Origin: a virus | Strand: one strand, 5' to 3' | Virus record (IMG/VR): IMGVR_UViG_3300021399_000152 | Span: 1 to 64,000 of that record | DNA length: 64,000 bases | Part shown: in pieces, positions 8,747-17,248 of the stretch | Numbering within the stretch: position 1 is the stretch's first letter | How the letters are laid out: every line of letters starts with the position of its first letter | Notes under the pieces: model-generated | Told to the model about the DNA's origin: nothing | Database searches by the model: none | Seen by the model: only the letters and a program-made list of their open reading frames with translations | Position numbers and translations under genes: made by a program

Positions 8747-9142
8747 ATGGTTTGGTTTTGGGTAATTATCTTTTCTGTGCCGCTGATCGCTATTGTTGCA
8801 CTAATATTCAGTGGCGTAGAAGTAAAGATTGAAGAGAATAATGGTTGGCTCGTCCGCTGGATGAAGTATCTCAAATGCGGTGCGATTCATGGGCATGCCT
8901 ACCATGCAGGTAGTTGCGCAAGATGCGGCAAGGCTATGCCAAAGCACAAGCACGAGCTCAAGCTTGATCAATATAATAAAGCATTGCTTGGGCTGAAATG
9001 CTGCACGGTCGTTGGTAATGACGCAAAGAAATGTGTGCTCTGTCCTTATATGAATGAAAAAGATTGCATCAATATAATGAAGAATGATGCGCTTGAGTCT
9101 ATGGCAACATTTGAAAACGGAGGTACGGAGAATGCCAAGTGA
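8747..9142 (+). CDS. membrane-anchored Cys/His-rich protein
   Basis: N-terminal TM helix, multiple Cys/His pairs. Confidence 0.5.
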   Translation: MVWFWVIIFSVPLIAIVALIFSGVEVKIEENNGWLVRWMKYLKCGAIHGHAYHAGSCARCGKAMPKHKHELKLDQYNKALLGLKCCTVVGNDAKKCVLCPYMNEKDCINIMKNDALESMATFENGGTENAK

Positions 9143-9401
9143 TAAACTGACATCGGAAGAAGTCATTAAACTTGTGTGCAATGTGATCGGCAGCATTCAT
9201 CCGGTTGGCGATAGTCGTATCGATGCGGACCACTTTGACAATCTGCTCATCATGATTGATCTTACAGATTGGTGTATTGCACAAATCCATCATGCAAGTC
9301 TGAATAAATACAGTGAAATGGGCAGTGTTCGGGCAATTGGCAAGAGAGCAAGTAAAGCTGAAAGAGACATCCATCTTGATACAGAGCAAGAAGAGGAATA
9401 A
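9132..9401 (+). CDS. hypothetical protein, paralog of 10059..10346
   Basis: ATG 9132 after GGAGGT; shares 'KLT.EEVIKLV.NV.G.I...' and 'L.IMI.LTDWCI..I' with the downstream paralog. Confidence 0.5.
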   Translation: MPSDKLTSEEVIKLVCNVIGSIHPVGDSRIDADHFDNLLIMIDLTDWCIAQIHHASLNKYSEMGSVRAIGKRASKAERDIHLDTEQEEE

Positions 9402-9405
9402 GAGT

Positions 9406-9780
9406 ATGGCATATTGTGATTATGGAGCATCCGTATACAAAAATGGTGTGCGTCAGCTTGATAAAGAAGACGCATTTTTGTTTGAGGATACAAGGTCGGC
9501 AGCTTATCATGGAGTAATGGGCGATGGTGACATCAGGGTCGCCTGTTACAAGCAATATCTTCCGCAGATCTTTAAGCGAACCAAGGATGGTTGCGAAGAG
9601 ATCCCGTTTGTTGATGAATATACGGACCGGCTCGAATTCGGGACCATCTATACAGAGTGCGATGGGTATCTGTTTGAATTTCGGCAAGGCGATATGACTT
9701 GCTTCGCAATGATGACAGAGCCAGACGGCACAAAGTGGACATGCAATTATGGTTACGGCATCGAAACGGAGGACGAATGA
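9406..9780 (+). CDS. hypothetical protein
   Basis: ATG 9406 after GAGGAATAAGAG. Confidence 0.5.
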   Translation: MAYCDYGASVYKNGVRQLDKEDAFLFEDTRSAAYHGVMGDGDIRVACYKQYLPQIFKRTKDGCEEIPFVDEYTDRLEFGTIYTECDGYLFEFRQGDMTCFAMMTEPDGTKWTCNYGYGIETEDE

Positions 9781-9983
9781 AAGCTTTTTGTGAAGAGTGT
9801 CGTGATGACGTTGAATATCAGGTCTTCGTTGAACAGACGACGACCAATGTACATGGCAAGACGTATACATTCACTAGTCAGACGCCTCGCTGCAAGAGGT
9901 GTGGGAGCTATGTCTATGTTCCAGATATTATAGACTCGAATCTTGAAGTTCTGTATCAGAAGGTGAACGAACAAAATGGTTGA
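9777..9983 (+). CDS. zinc-ribbon protein (CEEC...CKRCG)
   Basis: ATGA overlap with previous stop. Confidence 0.5.
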   Translation: MKAFCEECRDDVEYQVFVEQTTTNVHGKTYTFTSQTPRCKRCGSYVYVPDIIDSNLEVLYQKVNEQNG

Positions 9984-10058
9984 TAGTGTTTTGGTATTTT
10001 GTGGCGTCATCGTATATTGTATACTTTGCCTTTTCTGTGAAGAGTGGGGTGATGGCAC

Positions 10059-10346
10059 ATGGTAAGAGATAAATTGACAGCACAGGAAGTCATTAAGCTT
10101 GTGAGCAATGTGGTCGGCGAAATCGAACCAGATGAATACTGCGACCACGATGAGAACTCAAAACGGTATGAAAACCTTTGCATCATGATCAGGCTCACTG
10201 ACTGGTGCATCGACAATATCATCAGGGCAACATGGGGCGTCAGTTGCGAAATCAGTGAGCAGCGTATCAACGACGAAGCAGATAAAGCTTTGGAAGTATG
10301 GTACAAAACATTGCAAAAAGAGGTAGAAGCAAATGCCATATATTAA
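10059..10346 (+). CDS. hypothetical protein, paralog of 9132..9401
   Basis: Clear sequence similarity to 9132..9401 product. Confidence 0.5.
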   Translation: MVRDKLTAQEVIKLVSNVVGEIEPDEYCDHDENSKRYENLCIMIRLTDWCIDNIIRATWGVSCEISEQRINDEADKALEVWYKTLQKEVEANAIY

Positions 10347-10557
10347 AACGCCAGAGGGCGAAAAGTATGTTGATGGTTTTATCAACTGTGTATGTGCACC
10401 TGATGGCAAAACCTATGCATTGCAAGCAAGCATTGTTGAAGTCAAGGAAATCAAATGTAAAAACTGCGGTCACCCATTGAAACTGGAGTATGGAGAAGGA
10501 ACATGCGAGATGTGCGGTTCACATTACAGTACACATTTCGAAATTGTGCAATGTTGA
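10333..10557 (+). CDS. zinc-ribbon protein (CKNCGH...CEMCG)
   Basis: ORF. Confidence 0.5.
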   Translation: MPYIKTPEGEKYVDGFINCVCAPDGKTYALQASIVEVKEIKCKNCGHPLKLEYGEGTCEMCGSHYSTHFEIVQC

Positions 10558-10718
10558 CGAAATGTAAAGCATGGTATCGCAAGTATATTCTTCGCGAACC
10601 GGGCTCGGATTGCGAGCTTGAAAGCTGCACTTACAACCTTGATGGCAAATGCTACAAATACTCTTTCGAGTTGAGTGGTTGCCCGCTCGATGTCTTCTGT
10701 GGTGATGAATATGACTAA
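10551..10718 (+). CDS. small Cys-rich protein
   Basis: ATG overlapping previous stop. Confidence 0.35.
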   Translation: MLTKCKAWYRKYILREPGSDCELESCTYNLDGKCYKYSFELSGCPLDVFCGDEYD

Positions 10719-10893
10719 CATTGTGGCAACCTTTATCGGCAAAGATGGTTCGATGGGGTTCCGTACTGGCAAAGAATATCAGCTATGGTTCTTTGAAAAG
10801 AATGGAAAGTATTATCTCAGCAGGCGTTCAGAGAATGCGGTCGCAATACCGTATGACACAATGAACGCGGTCAAAAAGAATTGGAAACTATGA
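10708..10893 (+). CDS. hypothetical protein
   Basis: ATG overlapping previous stop. Confidence 0.4.
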   Translation, partial: NMTNIVATFIGKDGSMGFRTGKEYQLWFFEKNGKYYLSRRSENAVAIPYDTMNAVKKNWKL

Positions 10894-11118
10894 GCGATGG
10901 CGGAATAAGTAGACGCTAAAGTGATGCTTCTTATAGATCGGTTGGGTGTGGTTGAGAGGTAACCCGTAAAACAATAACCCTGAGTTCCCTCCTGCAAGCC
11001 AATGCAGTAGACCTGTCGAGGAGACGTAAGACTCAGCAAGTATCCATGGCACTCATTAAGAGGGAGAAACCTGAGCAGTAAAACTCCGATCATGTCTGGT
11101 GCAAATCCAGACCCGCTC
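10892..11118 (+). ncRNA. tRNA-Leu-derived structured RNA (family copy 3, ~190-nt insertion)
   Basis: 5' 'GAGCGATGGCGGAATAAGTAGACGC', 3' 'GTCTGGTGCAAATCCAGACCCGCTC'. Confidence 0.4.
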
Positions 11119-11317
11119 GTATGTTTATAACCGCACAGCACACTTTGGGAGACGGCGTAGTCGTAACTGCTGCTAACACGCATGGCTACGCAAAAACAGA
11201 TCGACCCAGGCTTCAGGCAGTTGTCGAGGTTGTAAAGCACCCAAAGGTTAGCATCTTTGGACTTAGTTTGACGGCAACAAAACCAACGATGGCAGCTGAC
11301 ACGTTGGTACACAGTAG

Positions 11318-11459
11318 AATGCGGTATCCAAATAGGTAATGGACTGTTTGTATAAAACCTATCCATCGTGGTTGCAAACGCGTTGGTGTGGGGTTGTGGG
11401 AACCTGCAAACAAGGAGACTTGCGCGAGTCACTGCGAGGTGCAAATCCTCGCCCGCATA
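11318..11459 (+). ncRNA. tRNA-Leu-derived structured RNA (family copy 4) with fully compensated D-stem
   Basis: 5' 'AATGCGG-TA-TCCA-AATAGGTAA-TGGA' (D-stem TCCA/TGGA replaces GCGG/ACGC while preserving pairing), 3' 'GCGAGGTGCAAATCCTCGCCCGCAT'. Confidence 0.45.
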
Positions 11460-11462
11460 TTC

Positions 11463-11577
11463 GTGTGGTGGTGGAATAGGTAGACACAGCCAGTATCGGT
11501 AGGGCGGCAGACACATCCATCCGAGCATGCAAAAACAGCAATCCTGCCAATGTCGGGTGCAAATCCTGACCCACATA
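11463..11577 (+). ncRNA. tRNA-Leu-derived structured RNA (family copy 5)
   Basis: 5' 'GTGTGGTGGTGGAATAGGTAGACAC' (D-stem GTGG/ACAC covaries), 3' 'GTCGGGTGCAAATCCTGACCCACAT'. Confidence 0.45.
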
Positions 11578-11797
11578 TGAATAGCGGCTGCTTTCTTCGG
11601 AGAGCAGGAAGGATGAAAACCACTTCCGCCGAGATGTCGGCAGCAGCAAACACTCATGCGTGAGTAAAGGCGAACATCATGGGGACGATCCATCTGGGCG
11701 GGCCGTAGTGCGTGGCATAATAGAATAACGGACGTGGCATGGATCAAAGCAGATCGTCGGGTGCAGGCTTGGTCTGCTATTTTTTAGGAGTAACTGT

Positions 11798-11983
11798 ATG
11801 GAAAACATATTGAGAGAGTGTTGCCAGATGCGACCAGAGATCAAGGTAGTTACTTATCCGGGGACTACATACGAAATGTTTGTGATCGTATGCCCAAAGT
11901 GCGGTATGAGAACACAACCATATCGCAACTTGACCAGCGCATACAATGAATGGAATCACCCGGAAGATGTACACTTGAATTAA
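11798..11983 (+). CDS. Lar-like zinc-ribbon protein
   Basis: CPKCGMR...SAYNEWNHPED. Confidence 0.45.
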   Translation: MENILRECCQMRPEIKVVTYPGTTYEMFVIVCPKCGMRTQPYRNLTSAYNEWNHPEDVHLN

Positions 11984-11996
11984 AGGAGACTCGTAC

Positions 11997-12194
11997 ATGA
12001 CGAATCAGGAAGCAATTGATACGATCAAAGCTCACTGGCCTCCTGCGAATTGCCCAGAGTTGCGAGAAGCTTTGATGATGGCACTCAGAGCCCTTGATGA
12101 TGAGGGCGATTCAAGACGGTGCTCATATTATGAGCACAACAAAACGAAACCATATTGCACACATGACTGCTATGGTTGTATGTGGTATGTTTAG
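11997..12194 (+). CDS. hypothetical Cys-containing protein
   Basis: ORF. Confidence 0.45.
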   Translation: MTNQEAIDTIKAHWPPANCPELREALMMALRALDDEGDSRRCSYYEHNKTKPYCTHDCYGCMWYV

Positions 12195-12213
12195 GAGGTT
12201 CAAATGCCCTGTA

Positions 12214-12347
12214 AAAGATGTGGATACGCAAAATATCGAATGATTCACTACAAAAATGGACATAGATGCTCATGTGTCAAGTGTGGATATTGCACTAAGC
12301 TCAAAGAGACTCCTGAACTTGCTATTGAAGCGTGGAACCAAAGATGA
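12214..12347 (+). CDS. Lar-like restriction-alleviation zinc-ribbon protein (44 aa)
   Basis: AGGAGG RBS; CKRCGY...CVKCGYC...PELAIEAWNQR* (Lar-family C-terminal AWN.R). Confidence 0.45.
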
Positions 12348-12350
12348 TTT

Positions 12351-12468
12351 AATGCGGTGGCGGAATAGGTAGACGCAAAAAATTAAGATGCCAAGACATG
12401 GCTAACGGTTGCCGGTGTTACGGTGCTTGGGAAAACCGGTCTGTCAGGTGCAAATCCTGGCCCGCATT
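12351..12468 (+). ncRNA. tRNA-Leu-derived structured RNA (family copy 6)
   Basis: 5' 'AATGCGGTGGCGGAATAGGTAGACGC', 3' 'GTCAGGTGCAAATCCTGGCCCGCATT'. Confidence 0.5.
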
Positions 12469-12494
12469 TATTTTAAAGAACTGAGGCGAGAAAA

Positions 12495-12671
12495 ATGGAT
12501 GATGTACCGCTGATTTCCCTTGAGGGCTACGCGTTAACACATGAAGAAGTAATGCAGATGTTACAAGAAGTTGCAGTTGAATTATTAGAAACCAGAAAAG
12601 AGCTTGGTTATATACATGAGGAAACAATGGGCGAATGGACAAGCTGGAGGGAGAGAGCGCATGAAGATTGA
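12495..12671 (+). CDS. hypothetical small protein
   Basis: Sub-threshold ORF with ATG 12495. Confidence 0.3.
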   Translation: MDDVPLISLEGYALTHEEVMQMLQEVAVELLETRKELGYIHEETMGEWTSWRERAHED

Positions 12672-13047
12672 CAGAGTTCTGGAACTTTTGAAGATCGAGC
12701 GTGAATGCGTGACTCGTCAGAGTCCGTGCAACGAAAAGTCGAAGTTGTGCGATCGGAATTGCGGAGAGTGCGATATTGCCCAGAATGATCTCGAAATCAT
12801 CGAGATGTACAACTTTGTAATTAGCATGATCGAGACACTGAACGGTGTATCGCAATGGATCAGCGTGAAGGACAGACTGCCAGAGAACAGTGACACGGTG
12901 CTGATTACACACAAGGGCGGCGTTTCATTCGGTTGGTATAACGGGAGATACTGGGAGCGCGGGGCAAGCACAAAGCATCGGGAGATACGTACTGTCTCTC
13001 ATTGGATGCCGCTTCCAGAACCGCCGAAGGAGGAACCATATGATTAA
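12661..13047 (+). CDS. DUF551-like protein
   Basis: 'WISVKDRLPEN...VSHWMPLPEPP' matches the W..V.DRLP signature; tandem paralog follows. Confidence 0.5.
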   Translation: MKIDRVLELLKIERECVTRQSPCNEKSKLCDRNCGECDIAQNDLEIIEMYNFVISMIETLNGVSQWISVKDRLPENSDTVLITHKGGVSFGWYNGRYWERGASTKHREIRTVSHWMPLPEPPKEEPYD

Positions 13048-13399
13048 GGATACTAACCCCAATCACTATAAGGTAGAAGGGGCAAACTTTATTGAGTATA
13101 TGAACGATCCAAAAATCAGCGGTTTCGGAAACTGGATGTTTGCAAACGGCTTCAATTCTGGTGTGTGGGCGAGTACGAATTGGATTTCGGTCAAGGACAG
13201 GCTGCCGGATGAAAAGCAAAGTCAAATTACTCATGATTTCGAGTATGTCCTGTGCGCTACTACGTTTGGCGACGTAAGAGCATACAAATTTGGAACGCCT
13301 ATTGGATGGAGCGAACCGCATTTTTGGCACGGCGCCGGAATGATGGACGAATACGTCACTCATTGGATGCCGTTCCCGGACATGCCTGTCCTAACTTAA
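13040..13399 (+). CDS. DUF551-like protein (tandem paralog)
   Basis: 'WISVKDRLPDEK...VTHWMPFPDMP'. Confidence 0.5.
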   Translation: MIKDTNPNHYKVEGANFIEYMNDPKISGFGNWMFANGFNSGVWASTNWISVKDRLPDEKQSQITHDFEYVLCATTFGDVRAYKFGTPIGWSEPHFWHGAGMMDEYVTHWMPFPDMPVLT

Positions 13400-13426
13400 A
13401 TAACACTTTAAATAGGAGTTTATATT

Positions 13427-13633
13427 ATGGATAATTGCCCTATCTGTAAGTTGAAAATTGGTGAAAAAACAGTTCAAAGTTCATTTGCACCGTCTCTGTG
13501 TTGGCTTGAAACAAGTCGAAATAAAAGCGGATATATCATTATGAAATTTGGATATGGTGACGATTTTGAACACATTTTCTATAGCCCACGGTATTGTCCA
13601 GAGTGCGGAAAGAAAAATGAGCCAGTTACTTAA
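13427..13633 (+). CDS. zinc-ribbon protein (CPICK...CPECGKK)
   Basis: ORF. Confidence 0.5.
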   Translation: MDNCPICKLKIGEKTVQSSFAPSLCWLETSRNKSGYIIMKFGYGDDFEHIFYSPRYCPECGKKNEPVT

Positions 13634-13659
13634 ATAACACTTTGAATGAGGTGCATGAA

Positions 13660-13812
13660 TGAACTGCGACAATTGCCGATTTTACCGTTGGTATTATGAC
13701 CGTTGCGAAAAGTGGAATTGCGAGGTAGACGCAAGAGAAGTCCATAACTGCTTCGAACAGCGAGAAACACCTGTAAGAGATGCAATGGTTAATAATAGAG
13801 CAGGAGTGTAAA
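13660..13812 (+). CDS. small Cys-rich protein (50 aa)
   Basis: Sub-threshold ORF, CDNCRFY...C..WNC. Confidence 0.3.
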
Positions 13813-13814
13813 CA

Positions 13815-13997
13815 ATGAAGCAAACGGAAGCATATGATCATATCATTAAAGAGTATTTGTCAAAGTGCAATGAAACTGGCTGTGATGGATGTATAGCAGA
13901 ATATTACTGCATTGAGAACCATCTCCGAACAGACCGCTTTCCGCAAAAAGATTGCCCTGAAAAACTTAAGGACTACCTTCGTCTGAAAAGGAGATAA
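13815..13997 (+). CDS. hypothetical Cys-containing protein
   Basis: ORF. Confidence 0.4.
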   Translation: MKQTEAYDHIIKEYLSKCNETGCDGCIAEYYCIENHLRTDRFPQKDCPEKLKDYLRLKRR

Positions 13998-13999
13998 GC

Positions 14000-14126
14000 A
14001 TGGTTGAATATTGCGAATGCGAATGGTGCGGAAGGCTTGTAATTTGTAGAAAAATAGATGGCAAAATGTTATGCGACCGATGTTTCGCAGAATACAAAAG
14101 CGAAACTAATGCGGTGGCGGAATAGG
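14000..14126 (+). CDS. small zinc-ribbon peptide (42 aa); stop codon lies inside tRNA-like copy 7
   Basis: AGGAGATAAGC-ATG; CECEWCG...CDRC; TAG is the 'AATAG' of the tRNA-like D-loop. Confidence 0.3.
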
Positions 14127-14247
14127 TAGACGCGCTACCGGGAGACAGCTACCATCGGGGAGGTAACGTTACCCTGAGAGAATAAGCTCATGCGACACGC
14201 GATCTGGGTAAAGGCTGTCATGTCAGGTGCAAATCCTGATCCGCATT
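14108..14247 (+). ncRNA. tRNA-Leu-derived structured RNA (family copy 7)
   Basis: 5' 'AATGCGGTGGCGGAATAGGTAGACGC', 3' 'GTCAGGTGCAAATCCTGATCCGCATT'; 7-bp acceptor pairing AATGCGG/CCGCATT. Confidence 0.5.
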
Positions 14248-14275
14248 CTATCTGAAATGAAAGGAAATTGATATT

Positions 14276-14833
14276 ATGGATCTTGGAGCTTATGCAAACA
14301 TTGAGTCTCTCAGACATATCATGACTGAAAACAATATCGATGTCCCGAGACTTCGCGGAGTTCGACTGATGTCCGAAGAACGTCCTGCCTCTGCCGAGAA
14401 TATTGAGCAGTACATTAGGCAGATATGGCTATATGAATGCGAGAGCGCATGTGAATCTGACTTTGTATATCATCCGACGTGCTTTGAATATAGCAGCAGA
14501 ACAAGCCAGCTCAGGCATAAGTATATTGAGTATAACGAAAACAGTGAACCAATTGATATCCGCTGGGAGAATGTTCACGGAGAAAAGCGGAAGCTGTTCA
14601 AATATCTCAGGAAGACTGTTGAGAAAAGAGTCCGCAAGAACCACGAAACATTTAATTCGTACTGTGGTCGCAATGATGTTCTGTACATTCATGCACGTAT
14701 CGGCGGTAACAACTGGGATTACTATTGCCGAGAAGTCAAGGACCAGCCGTGGTTCCTCGAGAAGGTTGATGATCCTTTTGACTCAACTTACTGTGATATC
14801 TATGCAAAGATCAAACCGAAACAGATTAATTGA
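14276..14833 (+). CDS. hypothetical protein (185 aa)
   Basis: ORF, RBS GGAAATTG. Confidence 0.55.
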   Translation: MDLGAYANIESLRHIMTENNIDVPRLRGVRLMSEERPASAENIEQYIRQIWLYECESACESDFVYHPTCFEYSSRTSQLRHKYIEYNENSEPIDIRWENVHGEKRKLFKYLRKTVEKRVRKNHETFNSYCGRNDVLYIHARIGGNNWDYYCREVKDQPWFLEKVDDPFDSTYCDIYAKIKPKQIN

Positions 14834-14902
14834 AAAAACGGGACCAAAAATGCTGCTGTTATTTCAATAAACAGTATCGAAAAATAATGAGGAGGTAAAC
14901 AG

Positions 14903-15865
14903 ATGATCAATTTGTTTACTCACACAGACCTTGATGGTCTGGGATGTTCTGTACTGATGAAGTTGTATGCTGCCAAGACATATGACACCATTGATGTACT
15001 GTATTGCGACTATGACAACATCAATCAGAAAGTGTCTGGTTTTCTTGACATTCTGTATGATGTTGAACAGAGATGGAACATCGAACAACAAGACCGCTAT
15101 ATCGTTATCTCGGATATAAGTATTAACGAAGAGACAGCGCAGAAGCTGGATGAATATTGCAGTACGCATCGACAGACAAAAGTCATTCTGCTTGACCATC
15201 ATAAGACTGCGGAATGGCTGAACTCAAAATATCCTTGGGCTCATGTTGTTCTTGACACCACGGTTTGCGGGACCTCTCTTGTGTATAAGGAATTCATCAA
15301 TCCGCAATTCAAAGATGCACTCGATGAGTTTGTTGAAGCTGTTTGTCTGTATGATACATGGCGATTTAACCAAGATGAGCTCTGCCTTTCTAAGCAATTG
15401 AACTATCTGATTACACTGTTTGGTAAAGAAAGGTTTGTGGATTACGCAATCAATTCCATCATCTTCGGTGATATCCATGAACAGCACAGCATCAGACCTC
15501 ACTTCGGTCTTTCAGCAGAGTTGGATAGTCTGGTCCGTGGCTACGACGAATCTGTAAATGAATACATTGGTCGGCGAGTTGCGGAAGCTCATGTTTATCA
15601 GTTGCCAGATGCTTATCGTGTGGCTGTCACAACGGCAAATAAGAATTTCTCAGAGATCGGGCACAAGCTGATTGATGCATATACTGATGCGGACTTCGCA
15701 ATCGTGCTGGACTTTGAAAATGGTTCGGCTCATCTTCGTGGCAACGATAAGTCGCCAGACCTTGGGCAATTTGCACGGGCACACGGCGGCGGTGGGCACC
15801 CGTATGCAGCAGCATTCCGCTTCAAAGTTGATGATCAAGTGTTGAACAAAGCTATGTTTGGGTGA
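14903..15865 (+). CDS. DHH-DHHA1 family phosphoesterase (NrnA/nanoRNase-like)
   Basis: Motif I 'HTDLDGLGCS', motif III 'LLDHHKT', DHHA1 'GGGGHPYAAAF'; RBS GAGGAGG. Confidence 0.75.
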   Translation: MINLFTHTDLDGLGCSVLMKLYAAKTYDTIDVLYCDYDNINQKVSGFLDILYDVEQRWNIEQQDRYIVISDISINEETAQKLDEYCSTHRQTKVILLDHHKTAEWLNSKYPWAHVVLDTTVCGTSLVYKEFINPQFKDALDEFVEAVCLYDTWRFNQDELCLSKQLNYLITLFGKERFVDYAINSIIFGDIHEQHSIRPHFGLSAELDSLVRGYDESVNEYIGRRVAEAHVYQLPDAYRVAVTTANKNFSEIGHKLIDAYTDADFAIVLDFENGSAHLRGNDKSPDLGQFARAHGGGGHPYAAAFRFKVDDQVLNKAMFG

Positions 15866-16047
15866 GGTTGCCATGATCAAGATAGGGAGACGTATGTACA
15901 ATACGAATGAGTTCAAATGGTTTTATTGTCCTCTGCTTAAAAAGCATAGAAAACAGTACTACCATTTCTTCTTTTGGTTCGGGAAGCATTGGTACATTTG
16001 TTGGCATAAGAAGAACCCGGTAGTAGATTGGTAATGAGGGTGATGCG

Positions 16048-16851
16048 ATGAGTTGGCGTACATGGGTTTACTTCAAACCGTTGTTTGGTGATCAGAAATA
16101 TATTGATGATTTCTATGAAAATGTACAGAAGATGCCAAATTGTGAATGTTATAATGGCGTATATGAATTTATGATAATCAATGGAAATGCTGAGCAAGCA
16201 TGCGCATATATCGCAAACGAGTTTAAAGGTGTAACATTTTATGGATATGCTGTATATGACACAACAGTTGGGGAGGATTATGCAAGAAATGTTATCTTTA
16301 ATCATAGAAATGGGCTAATATTTTATGGGGCAAAAGAGTATTCTTATGGTATGGACTACAATTTGATTAAAGATGATGTTCTTATTCGCGGTACCAAAAT
16401 GGATGAGTCTTCTATCAAGTTTCACAAAGACGAAGACCCTGACTTTAAAGCACCGCCCCCAGATAATTGTGATGAGTATGGCGGTTATTCTATTAATAAT
16501 GTTGATTGTCAGCACTGTGAATATTGGCAACCAGATAACTTTGGCTTTTGTGATAAAGTAGATAGATACACGGATGCATTGTTCAGCTGCTCTGAGAGTA
16601 AGTATCACAAAAAGGAAGCATCTGAAAAGCCTGTGCAACCAAATGAGTATCGGTTGAATGTGCAATATGATAAGAACGCTGATGCGCTGCATGTATTGTT
16701 TCCTAGCGATGGTACACGATCAATAGGTATTCCTGAAGAGCGGGATGATGGTGTCGTCGTAATGCGCAATATACCTTACCGCTATATCACAGGGGTCGTG
16801 ATCCCGAAGCTTCATGAATACATAGGAGATGAAAAGCATGATGAGCAATAA
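16048..16851 (+). CDS. hypothetical Cys-rich protein (267 aa)
   Basis: ORF. Confidence 0.55.
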   Translation: MSWRTWVYFKPLFGDQKYIDDFYENVQKMPNCECYNGVYEFMIINGNAEQACAYIANEFKGVTFYGYAVYDTTVGEDYARNVIFNHRNGLIFYGAKEYSYGMDYNLIKDDVLIRGTKMDESSIKFHKDEDPDFKAPPPDNCDEYGGYSINNVDCQHCEYWQPDNFGFCDKVDRYTDALFSCSESKYHKKEASEKPVQPNEYRLNVQYDKNADALHVLFPSDGTRSIGIPEERDDGVVVMRNIPYRYITGVVIPKLHEYIGDEKHDEQ

Positions 16852-17009
16852 ACTTCGTTGGTGTCTCAATTTTCTGCGAGCAGACCACCTCAGAAGACAT
16901 AAAAGGTGGCGCACTCGCAAGAAAAATATCAATCGATTGCATCGTATGAAAATAAAAGCTTTCAAGCGATGGGGTTGTTTCCCGTTGCCAAAGGAATGGG
17001 GATATTAAA

Positions 17010-17174
17010 ATGAATCGTGATGATCCGAAATGCTGTGGTTGCGAATATGTCCTTGATGCATTCGGCAACTATGTGGAGTGCGGAAAGACGGCTGAAGCCG
17101 GAACACATATGTTTGTTGACTGGTATTACTGGAACAATAAATGCCCAGACAAATGTCCACTCAAATACAAAGAG
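17010..17174 (+). CDS. small Cys-rich protein (54 aa)
   Basis: Sub-threshold ORF CCGCEY...C..KCPDKCP. Confidence 0.35.
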
Positions 17175-17189
17175 TGCGACTGACCCGGT

Positions 17190-17247
17190 GCTCTCGTAGC
17201 TCAGTGGTTAGAGCCAATGGTCGGCAGTTCGAATCTGCCCGAGAGCA
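17190..17247 (+). ncRNA. 'armless' tRNA-like minihelix lacking the anticodon arm
   Basis: GCTCTCG-TA-GCTC-AGTGGTTA-GAGC-caatggtc-GGCAG-TTCGAAT-CTGCC-CGAGAGC-A: perfect 7-bp acceptor, canonical D-arm and T-arm, only 8 nt where anticodon and variable arms should be. Confidence 0.45.
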
Positions 17248-17248
17248 A

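Noticed and set aside
10812-11747. 311-aa - strand ORF spanning the 10.9-11.7 kb intergenic island
   Set aside because: It runs antisense through three tRNA-like RNA genes with conserved structure, has no RBS, and has low-complexity Cys/His-rich composition typical of translated structured RNA. Judged spurious, as are the nested ORFs at 11121-11653.
6259-14247. The repeated 5'/3' conserved elements considered as a CRISPR array or MITE-like repeats
   Set aside because: The units are not regularly spaced short direct repeats. Each copy is a 5' half and a complementary 3' half that fold into acceptor, D and T arms with compensatory substitutions, so a structured RNA gene family fits better.
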